Shown here: positions 51,610-62,204 of the stretch, one piece after another | Layout of the letters: each line of letters begins with the position of its first letter | How positions within the stretch are numbered: position 1 is the stretch's first letter | Source of the DNA: Basidiobolus meristosporus CBS 931.73 | Lineage: Eukaryota; Fungi; Basidiobolomycota | Length of the DNA: 64,000 nucleotides | Assembly: GCA_002104905.1 (NCBI GenBank) | Contig: MCFE01000081.1 | Coordinates: 116,028 to 180,027 of the forward strand | Direction of reading: 5' to 3' | Translations under genes and position numbers: made by a program | The notes under the pieces: model-generated | Database searches by the model: none | The model's input: the letters and a program-made list of their open reading frames with translations, nothing else | Told to the model about the DNA's origin: nothing

Positions 51610-54378
51610 CTAATGTTGTAGCTTTGATACAAGAGTGTGTAGCTGAGGGGAATTTGTTGGCAAGTTAATGAGAAGTGATGATAGCTCTTCAGTGCTCAAG
51701 ACACTGTTTGGTGGGAAGGGGGGTAGCAAGAGAGGTAAGAATGACTTGTGAACAACATTAATGAGGGGAATTTGATAAGGATTGATATTGATCATAAAGG
51801 GAGTGTGCTGCTGCAGATATTGCTGCCGAAGGTCTGTCAAGTACTTCAGGTAGGCCAGCTTGGGTTTTTCTGACTGCAGAATATAGTGTGCAAACTTCTT
51901 GACTTCAGGATCTCCAAGTATAGTTCTCCAGCAGGAGCCAGGTGTTGTGTGGTGTGTTCTCTTCCAGGCCTTAATCAGTGGGTTGTTGCAGTTGTAAAGT
52001 CTGAGGTATGATCTGGTTCTAAGGTAGAGAAGTCTGATCTTATAGGGCATAAACCCAAAAGCACCAAGAATAGCATGTCTGTAGGGGCATTCAGGCAAAT
52101 GAGGCACCAAGGAGGTAATGCACCATACTGCAAACTTGTCAAGCTTAGTGCAGTCTCTAGAAGTAAGAGAGAGAAGTGGTAAGCCAAATTCCAGGACAGG
52201 GAAGACAAACTGCTTGAGTAGAAGGAGGCAGCTGGGAGCTGAAGTTGTAGGAGGAGTAACAGCCAGTAGCTTGTGGAGTGCCTGTCTTGCCAGGATAATT
52301 CTCTACTTCAGGTGTGCTCCAGAGTCTAGTCCAGTAGGAAGGAAAGGAAAGCCAAGATATGTAGCAGAAACCTGAGCAGGTAGAGTGGAGTTCTCCAAGT
52401 TGATGGGAGAGCCCAAAGGTACTGTCTTTGCAATGGAAAGCTGGAGATTATTCTTCTGCAGATACTGGTGGATGGTCTGGGAGTCTTGTTGCACATTGGA
52501 GGAGGATATTCTGATGTCATCAGCAAAGAGAGTAACCAGGCAGTCAGCTGAGAGTCTTGGGAAATCATTCAGGAAGATGGCAAACAGTATAGGACCAAGC
52601 ACAGAGCCTTGAACCACTCCATTAGGAACTGAGAACACAGCTGATTGCTCACTTGGGTGCAGAATTCTTGCTTGTGGATCCAGAAACAGAGACCTGACAA
52701 GGAGGGTGAGAGAGGTACTGGAGAAGCATTGCAACTTGGACCAAAGCAGATTTCTGTCAACTGAATCAAAGGCCTTAGTAATATCAAACAGAACTGAGGG
52801 ATACTTGCACTGGAGAGAGTGATCTTGGCTAAGTATGACTGCATATTCAAAGGAGAGGCCAGGAACACAGCCAAACTGTGCAGGATGAAACTTGAGGGAG
52901 GCAGAGTAGAGCTCCTGGGCAAGCAGAAGCTCAAACACCTTTCTGCAGGTGGGCAGCAGAGATATTGGCCTGTAGGAGCTAGGATCCAGGTGCTTTCCTT
53001 TACCCTTGTATAGTGGCAGAACATTTGCAAAGGACTATTCCTCAGGAGTAGAAACCTGGGCTGAGCATTGCTGAAACAGTGGAAGCAGAAGTGCAGACAT
53101 GGCCTTGGTACTAGTCTTCAGAAGCTCATAGGATATTGTGTCCACACCTGGAGCAGTAGAGTTGGGAAGCCTCTTGAGCACATTATAGATTCTCCCTTGA
53201 TCAAGTGCAAGTGGGATGGGCAGAGTCTTGAAGTCAGGATGAAAGCCAGGAGTTGAATACTGCTTTGTAGAGAAGAAGATGTTAGCCAGCTGTTCTGTTG
53301 AAGGTAACTTCCTGGAAGAGGGCCTCATTGCCCTGTAGAGTCTTGATACTGTTCTTGTTATAGAGTTGGAAGATTGCAGAGGCAAGGAACTCATAATATG
53401 ATCCCAGAGCTGAGTATGCAGAGTGTGGTGAATTGCCTTGGTGTGGTGTATTGCTGTCAGGAGGAGTTTCTCTGTTTTTGGGTTAGGGAAACTCAGGTAG
53501 CTTTGTTGCAGGGCTGAAACAATGGATTCCCATTTTCTTGAGGTAACAGCAGTAGTCTTGCATGGCAGTGAGAGGGAGGCAGACACCAGAATCAGATGCT
53601 TCACAAGGAGCCAGGCATAGTTGAGATCATCAGGCAGAGAAAGTAGCAAGCTGGCAAGCTTCAAGTAGTTCCCAAAGTCTTTCTTCTGATTCTTGGTAGC
53701 TCTGTGGGTGAGCACAGTAAGTTTTGGCAGCTTCTTCTTCACAACTGGTTCCATAGAAAGGGACCAGGCTGGGTGGTCAGAGGCTCTCAAGGATCCTTGC
53801 TCAGCTCCAGAGAATTGCTTAACTTCATTCACAAAGTAGAGGGCAGCAGCAGAAGGGCAGATCCAGTCAACACATCTTTTCTCAGATTGAGCACCTAGTG
53901 CTAGCAGATGGCTTTCTCTCAGGAAGTTCAGTAGGAATGTAGACCTTGGCTTTATTCTTGCAGTCAGAGTAGTCTTGTTCTCAGGATGGGGAATGTTGAG
54001 ATCTCCAAGCAAGATAATAGGTGTTGATACAGATTGCTGGTATTGCTGAACTTTCTGGCATATAACTTGCACTTCCTGAAGGGCAAGACTTGGAGGCAGA
54101 TAGCAGAGCACCAGACTGATAGTTGGCAACTGGAGAGCAGCACAGTAAGGGGAGTAAAGAGGAACACAGAGCTGAGGAGTATTGATGGTAGAAGAGATGA
54201 AGCAGACAGAGGAGGTATTCTTTGTTCTAGGAGTAGAAAAGCAATATAGATTAGTCAAAAGTATAGAGGGTAGCTGGACATCAATCAAACACAGGAGGGA
54301 AAATCATGAAAGAAGTCTCTCTGAAGTTGGTCTTGATGGCTGTATGCTGTTGCAGTTAAGCAACAGAACTTCAGGTAG
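51610..54378 (-). pseudogene. LINE ORF2: APE endonuclease + reverse transcriptase, one frame with internal stops
   Basis: APE: LNCN, CYLPP, LLGDLN, VDWI, SDH. RT: APGVDTI, YRPISLL (intact in copy C), FDITKAFDSV, GVVQGSVLGP, LFADDI. In-frame stops at 54306, 53037 (TGG>TAG) and 52305 (AAG>TAG). Confidence 0.9.
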
Positions 54379-55887
54379 TCAGCCAGAGGTTGTAGCTTCT
54401 TCAGAGGCAGCATTGACAATGTGACCTGCAGAGTCCCAGAGCTCTTCAAATGGTGCATCACTTAAGTCAGCAAGGAGGGAAATGGCATGGTTATTGAGGA
54501 AGTATGCCACATCATAGGAGGGGGCTTGTCTCTTGATGGCAGCAAAGAAAGACAGAATGGCAACATGGGCTGGAGGCTTGTTGAACAGTAGAGAGTCAGA
54601 GAATTCAGATTCTTCAGGCACTATCTTGAAGTCAGTTTTCAGCCAGTTAAGGTTCTTCTCCACAAAGGCAACAAATGGGTCAGCAATGTTTTGGTCTAGG
54701 ATAACCTCCAGAATCTTCCCTTTTCTCCAGGCCAGGTTGACAACTCTTGAGAGCTGAATATTGCATGCCTTGAGTGCTTTCCTGATGTTGGAAATGGGAG
54801 TCCAGGGAACTTGCTTCAAGTACACCACAGTCCAGGTAGAAGCTGGTGGTAGGTTTGCTGGGGGCTTGTAAGTCCTTCTGTGTGGCAATGGAGCTGCAGT
54901 AGTCAGATTGGAGTCCACATTCTCAGTAGAGGGTTTTCTTGATGTGTCTTGCTGAATGGTACTGGAGCTGGATGTGCTGATAATTCTTGCTAGAACCTTG
55001 CCTGCATAAGTCTGAGGTATAGCTGAGGTGAATGTAGAGGTGGTGGCAGCTGGTGCAGGTGGAGAGGCAGAAACTGAAGCAGGAACTGAGGTCACCTGGG
55101 AGAAGGCAGTAGAAGCAGGTTTTCTGGGAGGAACAGAGTTCACTATCCAGTTGTTCTGTAAAACACTGGAGTAGCTTTTCTGTGGAACAGGATCTTGCTC
55201 TTGAACAGGAACAGAAGCAGGAGGCTGGGGCTGAGCAGTAGTGGTAAGGCAGTGGCACTCCAAGGAAGCTTTTTGCAAGGCATCTCTGGTAGCTTTCAGG
55301 GCAGTATTGGCTTCATTCTTGAGCTTCTTGCATTGGGCATCCAGTCTCTTGTTTTCAATAGCCAGGGCAGTATTGGCAGCCTCTAAATCAGCAATTCTCT
55401 TCTCAATTGCAAGGAATCTCTGAAGAAATGCATCAGTAGAAGTGCTGGCATCTGGGAGAGCAGTGGCAGGAATAGAGTCCATTGACAGTGGGCTTCTTGG
55501 AGGCAAGGAAAGTGGACTGGCAGATTCAAGCACAAAAGGAGATATCCTGGCAGGAGGAGAAGGAGTATCCAAGGCAGTAACAGAGGCAATTCTTGTTGGT
55601 GAAGCAGCAGCAGGGGAGGCAAGCCTGTTCAGAAACTGGGCAGGAGAGAGTGCTTGAGGAGAGGGAGTCTTCAGCTTGCCAAGCATGTCTTCCATCAGAG
55701 TGATACCAATATTCCTGGTGCATTTGCAGAGAAAAGTAAGCTTCCTGAGTCTGCCAGCTCTTCCATTCCTTCTGATAGTTCCTTTGTTTCCACAGTTGGG
55801 GCAAGAAATCTTCTTGACAGACTTGTCAAAGCAGTCAAGAACCTTCCTTTCAGGTGTAGTGGGCTCCTGTTGAGGTTTTGGTGGCAT
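54379..55887 (-). CDS. LINE ORF1-like protein (zinc ribbon, coiled coil, conserved C-terminal domain), about 502 aa
   Basis: CPNCG...FLCKC; heptad region IEKRIADLEAANTALAIENKRLDAQ; C-terminal WTVVYLKQ...ILEVILDQ; first ATG at 55887. Confidence 0.8.
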   Translation of the reverse strand: MPPKPQQEPTTPERKVLDCFDKSVKKISCPNCGNKGTIRRNGRAGRLRKLTFLCKCTRNIGITLMEDMLGKLKTPSPQALSPAQFLNRLASPAAASPTRIASVTALDTPSPPARISPFVLESASPLSLPPRSPLSMDSIPATALPDASTSTDAFLQRFLAIEKRIADLEAANTALAIENKRLDAQCKKLKNEANTALKATRDALQKASLECHCLTTTAQPQPPASVPVQEQDPVPQKSYSSVLQNNWIVNSVPPRKPASTAFSQVTSVPASVSASPPAPAATTSTFTSAIPQTYAGKVLARIISTSSSSTIQQDTSRKPSTENVDSNLTTAAPLPHRRTYKPPANLPPASTWTVVYLKQVPWTPISNIRKALKACNIQLSRVVNLAWRKGKILEVILDQNIADPFVAFVEKNLNWLKTDFKIVPEESEFSDSLLFNKPPAHVAILSFFAAIKRQAPSYDVAYFLNNHAISLLADLSDAPFEELWDSAGHIVNAASEEATTSG

Positions 55888-56014
55888 ATCCAGAGTTTCA
55901 GCTTCAAATTTCAATTTTTGAGATTTTTGGGTGATTTTTGATGGGCAGGATCAAAATTAGGGTTAGGGTTGCGCGCTGTGACTGCTTTTTACGATTGCAA
56001 GGTCAGAACCTAGG

Positions 56015-56318
56015 AAAAAATAAAAATAGTTAGTAAAGGTGATTTAATGGATGGATGGATGGATTCGGAGTCAGATTCAATCAAAATATCAAATTGTTGA
56101 CTAATTTAAAAGAGCAGAAAAAATAAAAATAGTTAGTAAAGGTGATTCAATGGGTGGATGGATGGATTTGGAGTCAGATTCAATCAAAAAATCAAATTGT
56201 TGACTAATTTAAAAGAGGAAAAAATAAAAATAGTTATTAAAGGTGATTTAATGGATGGATGGATGGATTTGGAGTCAGATTCAATAAAAAAATCAAATTG
56301 TTGACTAATTTAAAAGAG
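56015..56318. repeat. Three tandem 101-103 bp monomers containing (GGAT)n
   Basis: Units start at 56015, 56118 and 56219: AAAAAATAAAAATAGTTAGTAAAGGTGATTTAATGGATGG...GACTAATTTAAAAGAG. Confidence 0.95.
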
Positions 56319-56329
56319 AGGGTTAGGGG

Positions 56330-57307
56330 ATGATAATCACCACAGGGTGAAATCTTTATTTAATCATAAATAAAGAAGCAAAGTTCAAATATGAATATTT
56401 GAGATGCAGTAAGCCTACAAGATAAACTTGGACTTTGCTGTATCCCAAATATCCTCAATATCAAAGTCTAGAGGAGAATGTAGCAAAACTGCTTGTTCAC
56501 TGTAGTATTTCTTGAGGAAGTTTGTGACTTGAAGGGAAGGAGAGTTTTTCAACAAGCTGGTAAACATTTTGAGGAGTTCTTTTTCCAGAGAGAATGGTAC
56601 AAAGAGTGGAATGTCTAAATGATGTCTGAATATATGCTCTGAGGGCTCCCAATCCAGCATATTTTTGACTTCCTCTGTAAAATCTTCAACAATATCTTTG
56701 TCAAGAATAACTTCCAAGAGATCCCTGGCAATGTACTGAATGTTAATAATCTTAGGCATATGAATACCTAGGTCCTTGAGGTAGTTTCTTTGTTCTGAAA
56801 TTGGGAGATAGCCAGCATTTCTGAAATAGCAAACAGCCCAGTTGGCAGTGGGAGGAGTATCAGGGCTGACAGGGAATCTTCTTCTGGCTTTAGGGAGCAC
56901 TGGCTTAGTTGACTGTCTTGTTGGAAGGGCAGCTGGCTTTGGATGATCTTGAAGTGCTTGGGAGTATGTCTGAGTATGAATGGCAGGAGTAGCTGGTTGC
57001 TGACAGTGATCAGATTGACTGGAGGAAGTGCTGGTTGAGGGGTTGCAAGGTAAGGAAGAAGCTGAAAGAGAAGTAGAGAGTGCAGGGTGAAGTTCAGAGA
57101 GAGTTTTGAAAAGAACCTGGATCTGAGATTTCAACATTGAGTTTTCAGCTTCAAGAAGAGAAACTCTTTGTTCAAGGTAAGAGGTCTGTAAAGAGTGAAA
57201 GCTGGGTAAAGACATAGAAGTAGTAGATAATAAGAAGAAAGGAGTAGTTGGGGTGGGAGGGTGGAAAAATAGTCAAGAAGAAAAGAGAGGAAAGATCTGA
57301 AATTGAA
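56330..57307 (-). mobile_element. ORF1-only non-autonomous telomeric retroelement (element B)
   Basis: Flanked by GGGTTAGGGG and GGGTAGGGGGG; single ORF followed directly by the shared 3' structure. Confidence 0.8.
56415..57215 (-). CDS. ORF1 paralog (266 aa) of element B
   Basis: ATG to TAG; coiled coil LEQRVSLLEAENSMLK; WAVCYFRN...ISEQRNYLKDLGIHMPKIINIQY...LLEVILDKDIVEDF aligns by eye to the copy A ORF1 C-terminus. Confidence 0.8.
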   Translation of the reverse strand: MSLPSFHSLQTSYLEQRVSLLEAENSMLKSQIQVLFKTLSELHPALSTSLSASSLPCNPSTSTSSSQSDHCQQPATPAIHTQTYSQALQDHPKPAALPTRQSTKPVLPKARRRFPVSPDTPPTANWAVCYFRNAGYLPISEQRNYLKDLGIHMPKIINIQYIARDLLEVILDKDIVEDFTEEVKNMLDWEPSEHIFRHHLDIPLFVPFSLEKELLKMFTSLLKNSPSLQVTNFLKKYYSEQAVLLHSPLDFDIEDIWDTAKSKFIL

Positions 57308-57318
57308 GGGTAGGGGGG

Positions 57319-58817
57319 AGACAGTCACCAACAGGTGAAATCTTTATTTCAGTTGAAACAAAGAAGCCAGCACTACTGTTGTAGCTTTGATACAAGAGTG
57401 TGTAGCTGAGGGGAATTTGTAGGTAAGTTAATAAGAAGTGATGATAGTTCTTCAGTGCTAAACACACTGTTCAGTGGGAAGGGGGGTAGCAAGAGAGGTA
57501 AGAATGACTTGTGAACAACATTAATGAGGGGAATGTGATAAGGATTGATATTCATCATAAAGGGAGTGTGCTGCTGCAGATATTGCTGCCAAAGGTCTGT
57601 CAAGTACTTCAGGTAGGCCAGCTTGGGTTTTTCTGACTGCAGAATATAGTGTGCAAACTTCTTGACTTCAGGATCTCCAAGTATAGTTCTCCAGCAGGAG
57701 CCAGGTGTAGTGTGGTGTGTTCTCTTCCAGGCCTTAATCCGTGGGTTGTTGCAGTTGTGAAGTCTGAGGTATAATCTGGTTCTAAGGTAGAGAAGTCTGA
57801 TCTTATAGGGCATAAACCCAAAAGCACCAAGAATAGCATGTCTGTAGAGGCATTCAGGCAAATGAGGCACCAAGGAGGTAATGTACCATACTGCAAACTT
57901 GTCAAGCTTAGTGCAGTCTCTAGAAGTAAGAGAGAGAAGTGGTAAGCCAAATTCCAGGACAGGGAAGACAAACTGCTTGAGTAGAAGGAGGCAGCTGGGA
58001 GCTGAAGTTGTAGGAGGAGTAACAGCCAGTAGCTTGTGGAGTGCCTGTCTTGCCAGGATAATTCTCTTCTTCAGGTGTGCTCCAGAGTCTAGTCCAGTAG
58101 GAAGGAAAGGAAAGCCAAGATATGTAGCAGAAACCTGAGCAGGTAGAGTGGAGTTCTCCAAGTTGATGGGAGAGCCCAAAGGTACTGTCTTTGCAATGGA
58201 AAGCTGGAGATTATTCTTCTGCAGATACTGGTGGATGGTCTGGGAGTCTTGTTGCACATTGGAGGAGGATATTCTGATGTCATCAGCAAAGAGAGTAACC
58301 AGGCAGTCAGCTGAGAGTCTTGGAAAATCATTCAGGAGGATGGCAAACAGTATAGGATCAAGCACAGAGCCTTGAACCACTCCATTAGGAACTGAGAACA
58401 CAGCTGATTGCCCACTTGGGTGCAGAATTCTTGCTTGTGGATCCAGAAACAGAGACCTGATAAGGAGGGTGAGAGAGGTACTGGAGAAGCATTGCAACTT
58501 GGACCAAAGCAGATTTCTGTCAACTGAATCAAAGGCCTTAGTAATATCAAACAGAACTGAGGGATACTTGCACTGGAGAGAGTGATCTTGGCTAAGTATG
58601 ACTGCATATTCCAAGAAGTGGCCAGGAACAAAGCCAAACTGTGCAGGGTGAAACTTGAGGGGGTCAGAGTAGAGCTCCTGAGCAAGCAGAAGCTCAAACA
58701 CCTTTCTGCAAGTGGGCAGCAGAGATATTGGCCTGTAGGAGCTAGGATCCAGGTGCTTTCCTTTACCCTTGTACAGTGGCAGAACATTTGCAAAGGACCA
58801 TTCCTCAGGAGTAGAAA
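57319..58817 (-). mobile_element. 5'-truncated LINE copy C (about 1.5 kb)
   Basis: Shared 3' end; truncated at ...STPEEW; followed by GGGTTAGGGGGG. Confidence 0.95.
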
Positions 58818-58829
58818 GGGTTAGGGGGG

Positions 58830-60084
58830 AGACAGTCACCAACAGGTGAAATCTTTATTTCAGTTGAAACAAAGAAGCCAGTGCTACTGTTGTAGCTTTG
58901 ATACAAGAGTGTGTAGCTGAGGGGAATTTGTAGGTAAGTTAATAAGAAGTGATGATAGTTCTTCAGTGCCCAAGACACTGTTCAGTGGGAAGGGGGGTAG
59001 CAAGAGAGGTAAGAATGACTTGTGAACAACATTAATGAGGGGAATGTGATAAGGGTTGATATTCATCATAAAGGGAGTGTGCTGCTGCAGATATTGCTGC
59101 CAAAGGTCTGTCAAGTACTTCAGGTAGGCCAGCTTGGGTTTTTCTGACTGCAGAATATAGTGTGCAAACTTCTTGACTTCAGGATCTCCAAGTATAGTTC
59201 TCCAGCAGGAGCCAGGTGTTGAGTGGTGTGTTCTCTTCCAGGCCTTAATCCGTGGGTTGTTGCAGTTGTGAAGTCTGAGGTATAATCTGGTTCTAAGGTA
59301 GAGATGTCTGATCTTATAGGGCATAAACCCAAAAGCACCAAGAATAGCATGTCTGTAGGGGCATTCAGGCAAATGAGGCACCAAGGAGGTAATGCACCAA
59401 ACTGCAAACTTGTCAAGCTTAGTGCAGTCTCTAGAAGTAAGAGAGAGAAGTGGTAAGCCAAATTCCAGGACAGGGAAGACAAACTGCTTGAGAAGAAGGA
59501 GGCAGCTGGGAGCTGAAGTTGTAGGAGGAGTAACAGCCAGTAGCTTGTGGAGTGCCTGTCTTGCCAGGACAATTCTCTTCTTCAGGTGTGCTCCAGAGTC
59601 TAGTCCAGTAGGAAGGAAAGGAAAGCCAAGATATGTAGCAGAAACCTGAGCAGGTAGAGTGGAGTTCTCCAAGTTGATGGGAGAGCCCAAAGGTACTGTC
59701 TTTGCAATGGAAAGCTGGAGATTATTCTTCTGCAGATACTGGTGGATGGTCTGGGAGTCTTGTTGCACATTGGAGGAGGATATTCTGATGTCATCAGCAA
59801 AGAGAGTAACCAGGCAGTCAGCTGAGAGTCTTGGGAGATCATTCAGGAAGATGGCAAACAGTATAGGACCAAGCACAGAGCCTTGAACCACTCCATTAGG
59901 AACTGAGAACACAGCTGATTGCCCACTTGGGTGCAGAATTCTTGCTTGTGGATCCAGAAACAGAGACCTGACAAGGAGGGTGAGAGAGGTACTGGAGAAG
60001 CATTGCAACTTGGACCAAAGCAGATTTCTGTCAACAGAATCAAAGGCCTTAGTAATATCAAACAGAACAGAGGGATACTTGCAC
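58830..60084 (-). mobile_element. 5'-truncated LINE copy D (about 1.25 kb)
   Basis: Shared 3' end; followed by TTA(G)9. Confidence 0.95.
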
Positions 60085-60096
60085 TTAGGGGGGGGG

Positions 60097-61694
60097 AGAC
60101 AGTCACCAACAGGTGAAATCTTTATTTCAGTTGAAACAAAGAAGCCAGCGCTACTGTTGTAGCTTTGATACAAGAGTGTGTAGCTGAGGGGAATTTGTAG
60201 GTAAGTTAATAAGAAGTGATGATAGTTCTTCAGTGCTAAACACACTGTTCAGTGGGAAGGGGGGTAGCAAGAGAGGTAAGAATGACTTGTGAACAACATT
60301 AATGAGGGGAATGTGAAAAGGATTGATATTCATCATAAAGGGAGTGTGCTGCTGCAGATATTGCTGCCAAAGATCTGTCAAGTACTTCAGGTAGGCCAGC
60401 TTGGGTTTTTCTGACTGCAGAATAAAGTGAGCAAACTTCTTGACTTCAGGATCTCCAAGTATAGTTCTCCAGCAGGAGCCAGGTGTTGTGTGGTGTGTTC
60501 TCTTCCAGGCCTTAATCAGTGGGTTGTTGCAGTTGTGAAGTCTGAGGTATAATCTGGTTCTAAGGTAGAGAAGTCTGATCTTATAGGGCATAAACCCAAA
60601 AGCACCAAGAATAGCATGTCTGTAGGGGCATTCAGGCAAATGAGGCACCAAGGAGGTAATGCACCAAACGCAAACTTGTCAAGCTTAGTGCAGTCTCTAG
60701 AAGTAAGAGAGAGAAGTGGTAAGCCAAATTCCAGGACAGGGAAGAAAAACTGCTTGAGTAGAAGGAGGCAGCTGGGAGCTGAAGTTGTAGGAGGAGTAAC
60801 AGCCAACAGCTTGTGGAGTGCCTGTCTTGCAAGGATAATTCTCTTCTTCAGGTGTGCTCCAGAGTCTAGTCCAGTAGGAAGGAAAGGAAAGCCAAGATAT
60901 GTAGCAGAAACCTGAGCAGGTAGAGTGGAGTTCTCCAAGTTGATGGGAGAGCCCAAAGGTACTGTCTTTGCAATGGAAAGCTGGAGATTATTCTTCTGCA
61001 GATACTGGTGGATGGTCTGGGAATCTTGTTGCACATTGGAGGAGGATATTCTGATGTCATCAGCAAAGAGAGTAACCAGGCAGTCAGCTGAGAGTCTTGG
61101 GAAGTCATTCAGGAAGATGGCAAACAGTATAGGACCAAGCACAGAGCCTTGAACCACTCCATTAGGAACTGAGAACACAGCTGATTGCTCACTTGGGTGC
61201 AGAATTCTTGCTTGTGGATCCAGAAACAGAGACCTGACAAGGAGGGTGAGAGAGGTACTGGAGAAGCATTGCAACTTGGACCAAAGCAGATTTCTGTCAA
61301 CTGAATCAAAGGCCTTAGTAATATCAAACAGAACTGAGGGATACTTGCACTGGAGAGAGTGATCTTGGCTAAGTATGACTGCATATTCTAAGGAGAGGCC
61401 AGGAACAAAGCCAAACTGTGCAGGATGAAACTTGAGGGAGTCAGAGTAGAGCTCCTGAGCAAGCAGAAGCTCAAACACCTTTCTGCAGGTGGGCAGCAGA
61501 GATATTGGCCTGTAGGAGCTAGGATCCAGGTGCTTTCCTTTACCCTTGTACAGTGGCAGAACATTTGCAAAGGACCATTCCTCAGGAGTAGAAAGCTGGG
61601 CTGAGCATTGCTGAAACAGTGGAAGCAGAAGTGCAGACATGGCCTTGGTACTAGTCTTCAGAAGCTCATAAGAGATTGTGTCCACACCTGGAGC
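60097..61694 (-). mobile_element. 5'-truncated LINE copy E (about 1.6 kb, 1-bp deletion near 60669)
   Basis: Shared 3' end; followed by TTAGGG TTAGGG TTAAGGG TTA(G)6. Confidence 0.95.
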
Positions 61695-61722
61695 TTAGGG
61701 TTAGGGTTAAGGGTTAGGGGGG

Positions 61723-62168
61723 AGACAGTCACCAACAGGTGAAATCTTTATTTCAGTTGAAACAAAGAAGCCAGCGCTACTGTTGTAGCTTTGATACAAG
61801 AGTGTGTAGCTGAGGGGAATTTGTAGGTAAGTTAATAAGAAGTGATGATAGTTCTTCAGTGCTCAACACACTGTTCAGTGGGAAGGGGGGTAGCAAGAGA
61901 GGTAAGAATGACTTGTGAACAACATTAATGAGGGGAATGTGATAAGGATTGATATTCATCATAAAGGGAGTGTGCTGCTGCAGATATTGCTGCCAAAGGT
62001 CTGTCAAGTACTTCAGGTAGGCCAGCTTGGGTTTTTCTGACTGCAGAATAAATTCAGCAAACTTCTTGACTTCAGGATCTCCAAGTATAGTTCTCCAGCA
62101 GGAGTCAGGTGTAGTGTGGTGTGTTCTCTTCCAGGCCTTAATCAGTGGGTTGTTGCAGTTGTGAAGTC

Positions 62169-62169
<1 letters not shown>
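61723..62169 (-). mobile_element. 5'-truncated LINE copy F (about 0.45 kb)
   Basis: Shared 3' end; followed by about five telomeric repeats, one of them TTTAGGG. Confidence 0.95.
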
Positions 62170-62199
<30 letters not shown>

Positions 62200-62204
62200 G
62201 GGGG

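Larger units (their letters stand above)
51556..56319 (-). mobile_element. Full-length telomere-associated non-LTR retrotransposon (copy A; ORF1 + APE-RT ORF2)
   Basis: 3' end abuts TAGGGTTAGGGGGG; two long ORFs; putative 5' UTR with (CCCTAA)2 and three ~102-bp monomers; next telomeric seed at 56320. Confidence 0.9.

Noticed and set aside
51556-56319. Penelope-like (Athena/Coprina) endonuclease-less terminal retroelement or telomerase RT
   Set aside because: RT motifs (FDITKAFDSV, QGSVLGP, FADD) and the upstream APE domain are LINE-type
57373-60245. Long ORFs 57373-58842 and 58884-60245 as novel fused genes
   Set aside because: They arise by reading through one copy's 3' UTR and telomeric spacer into the next truncated RT, with non-ATG starts
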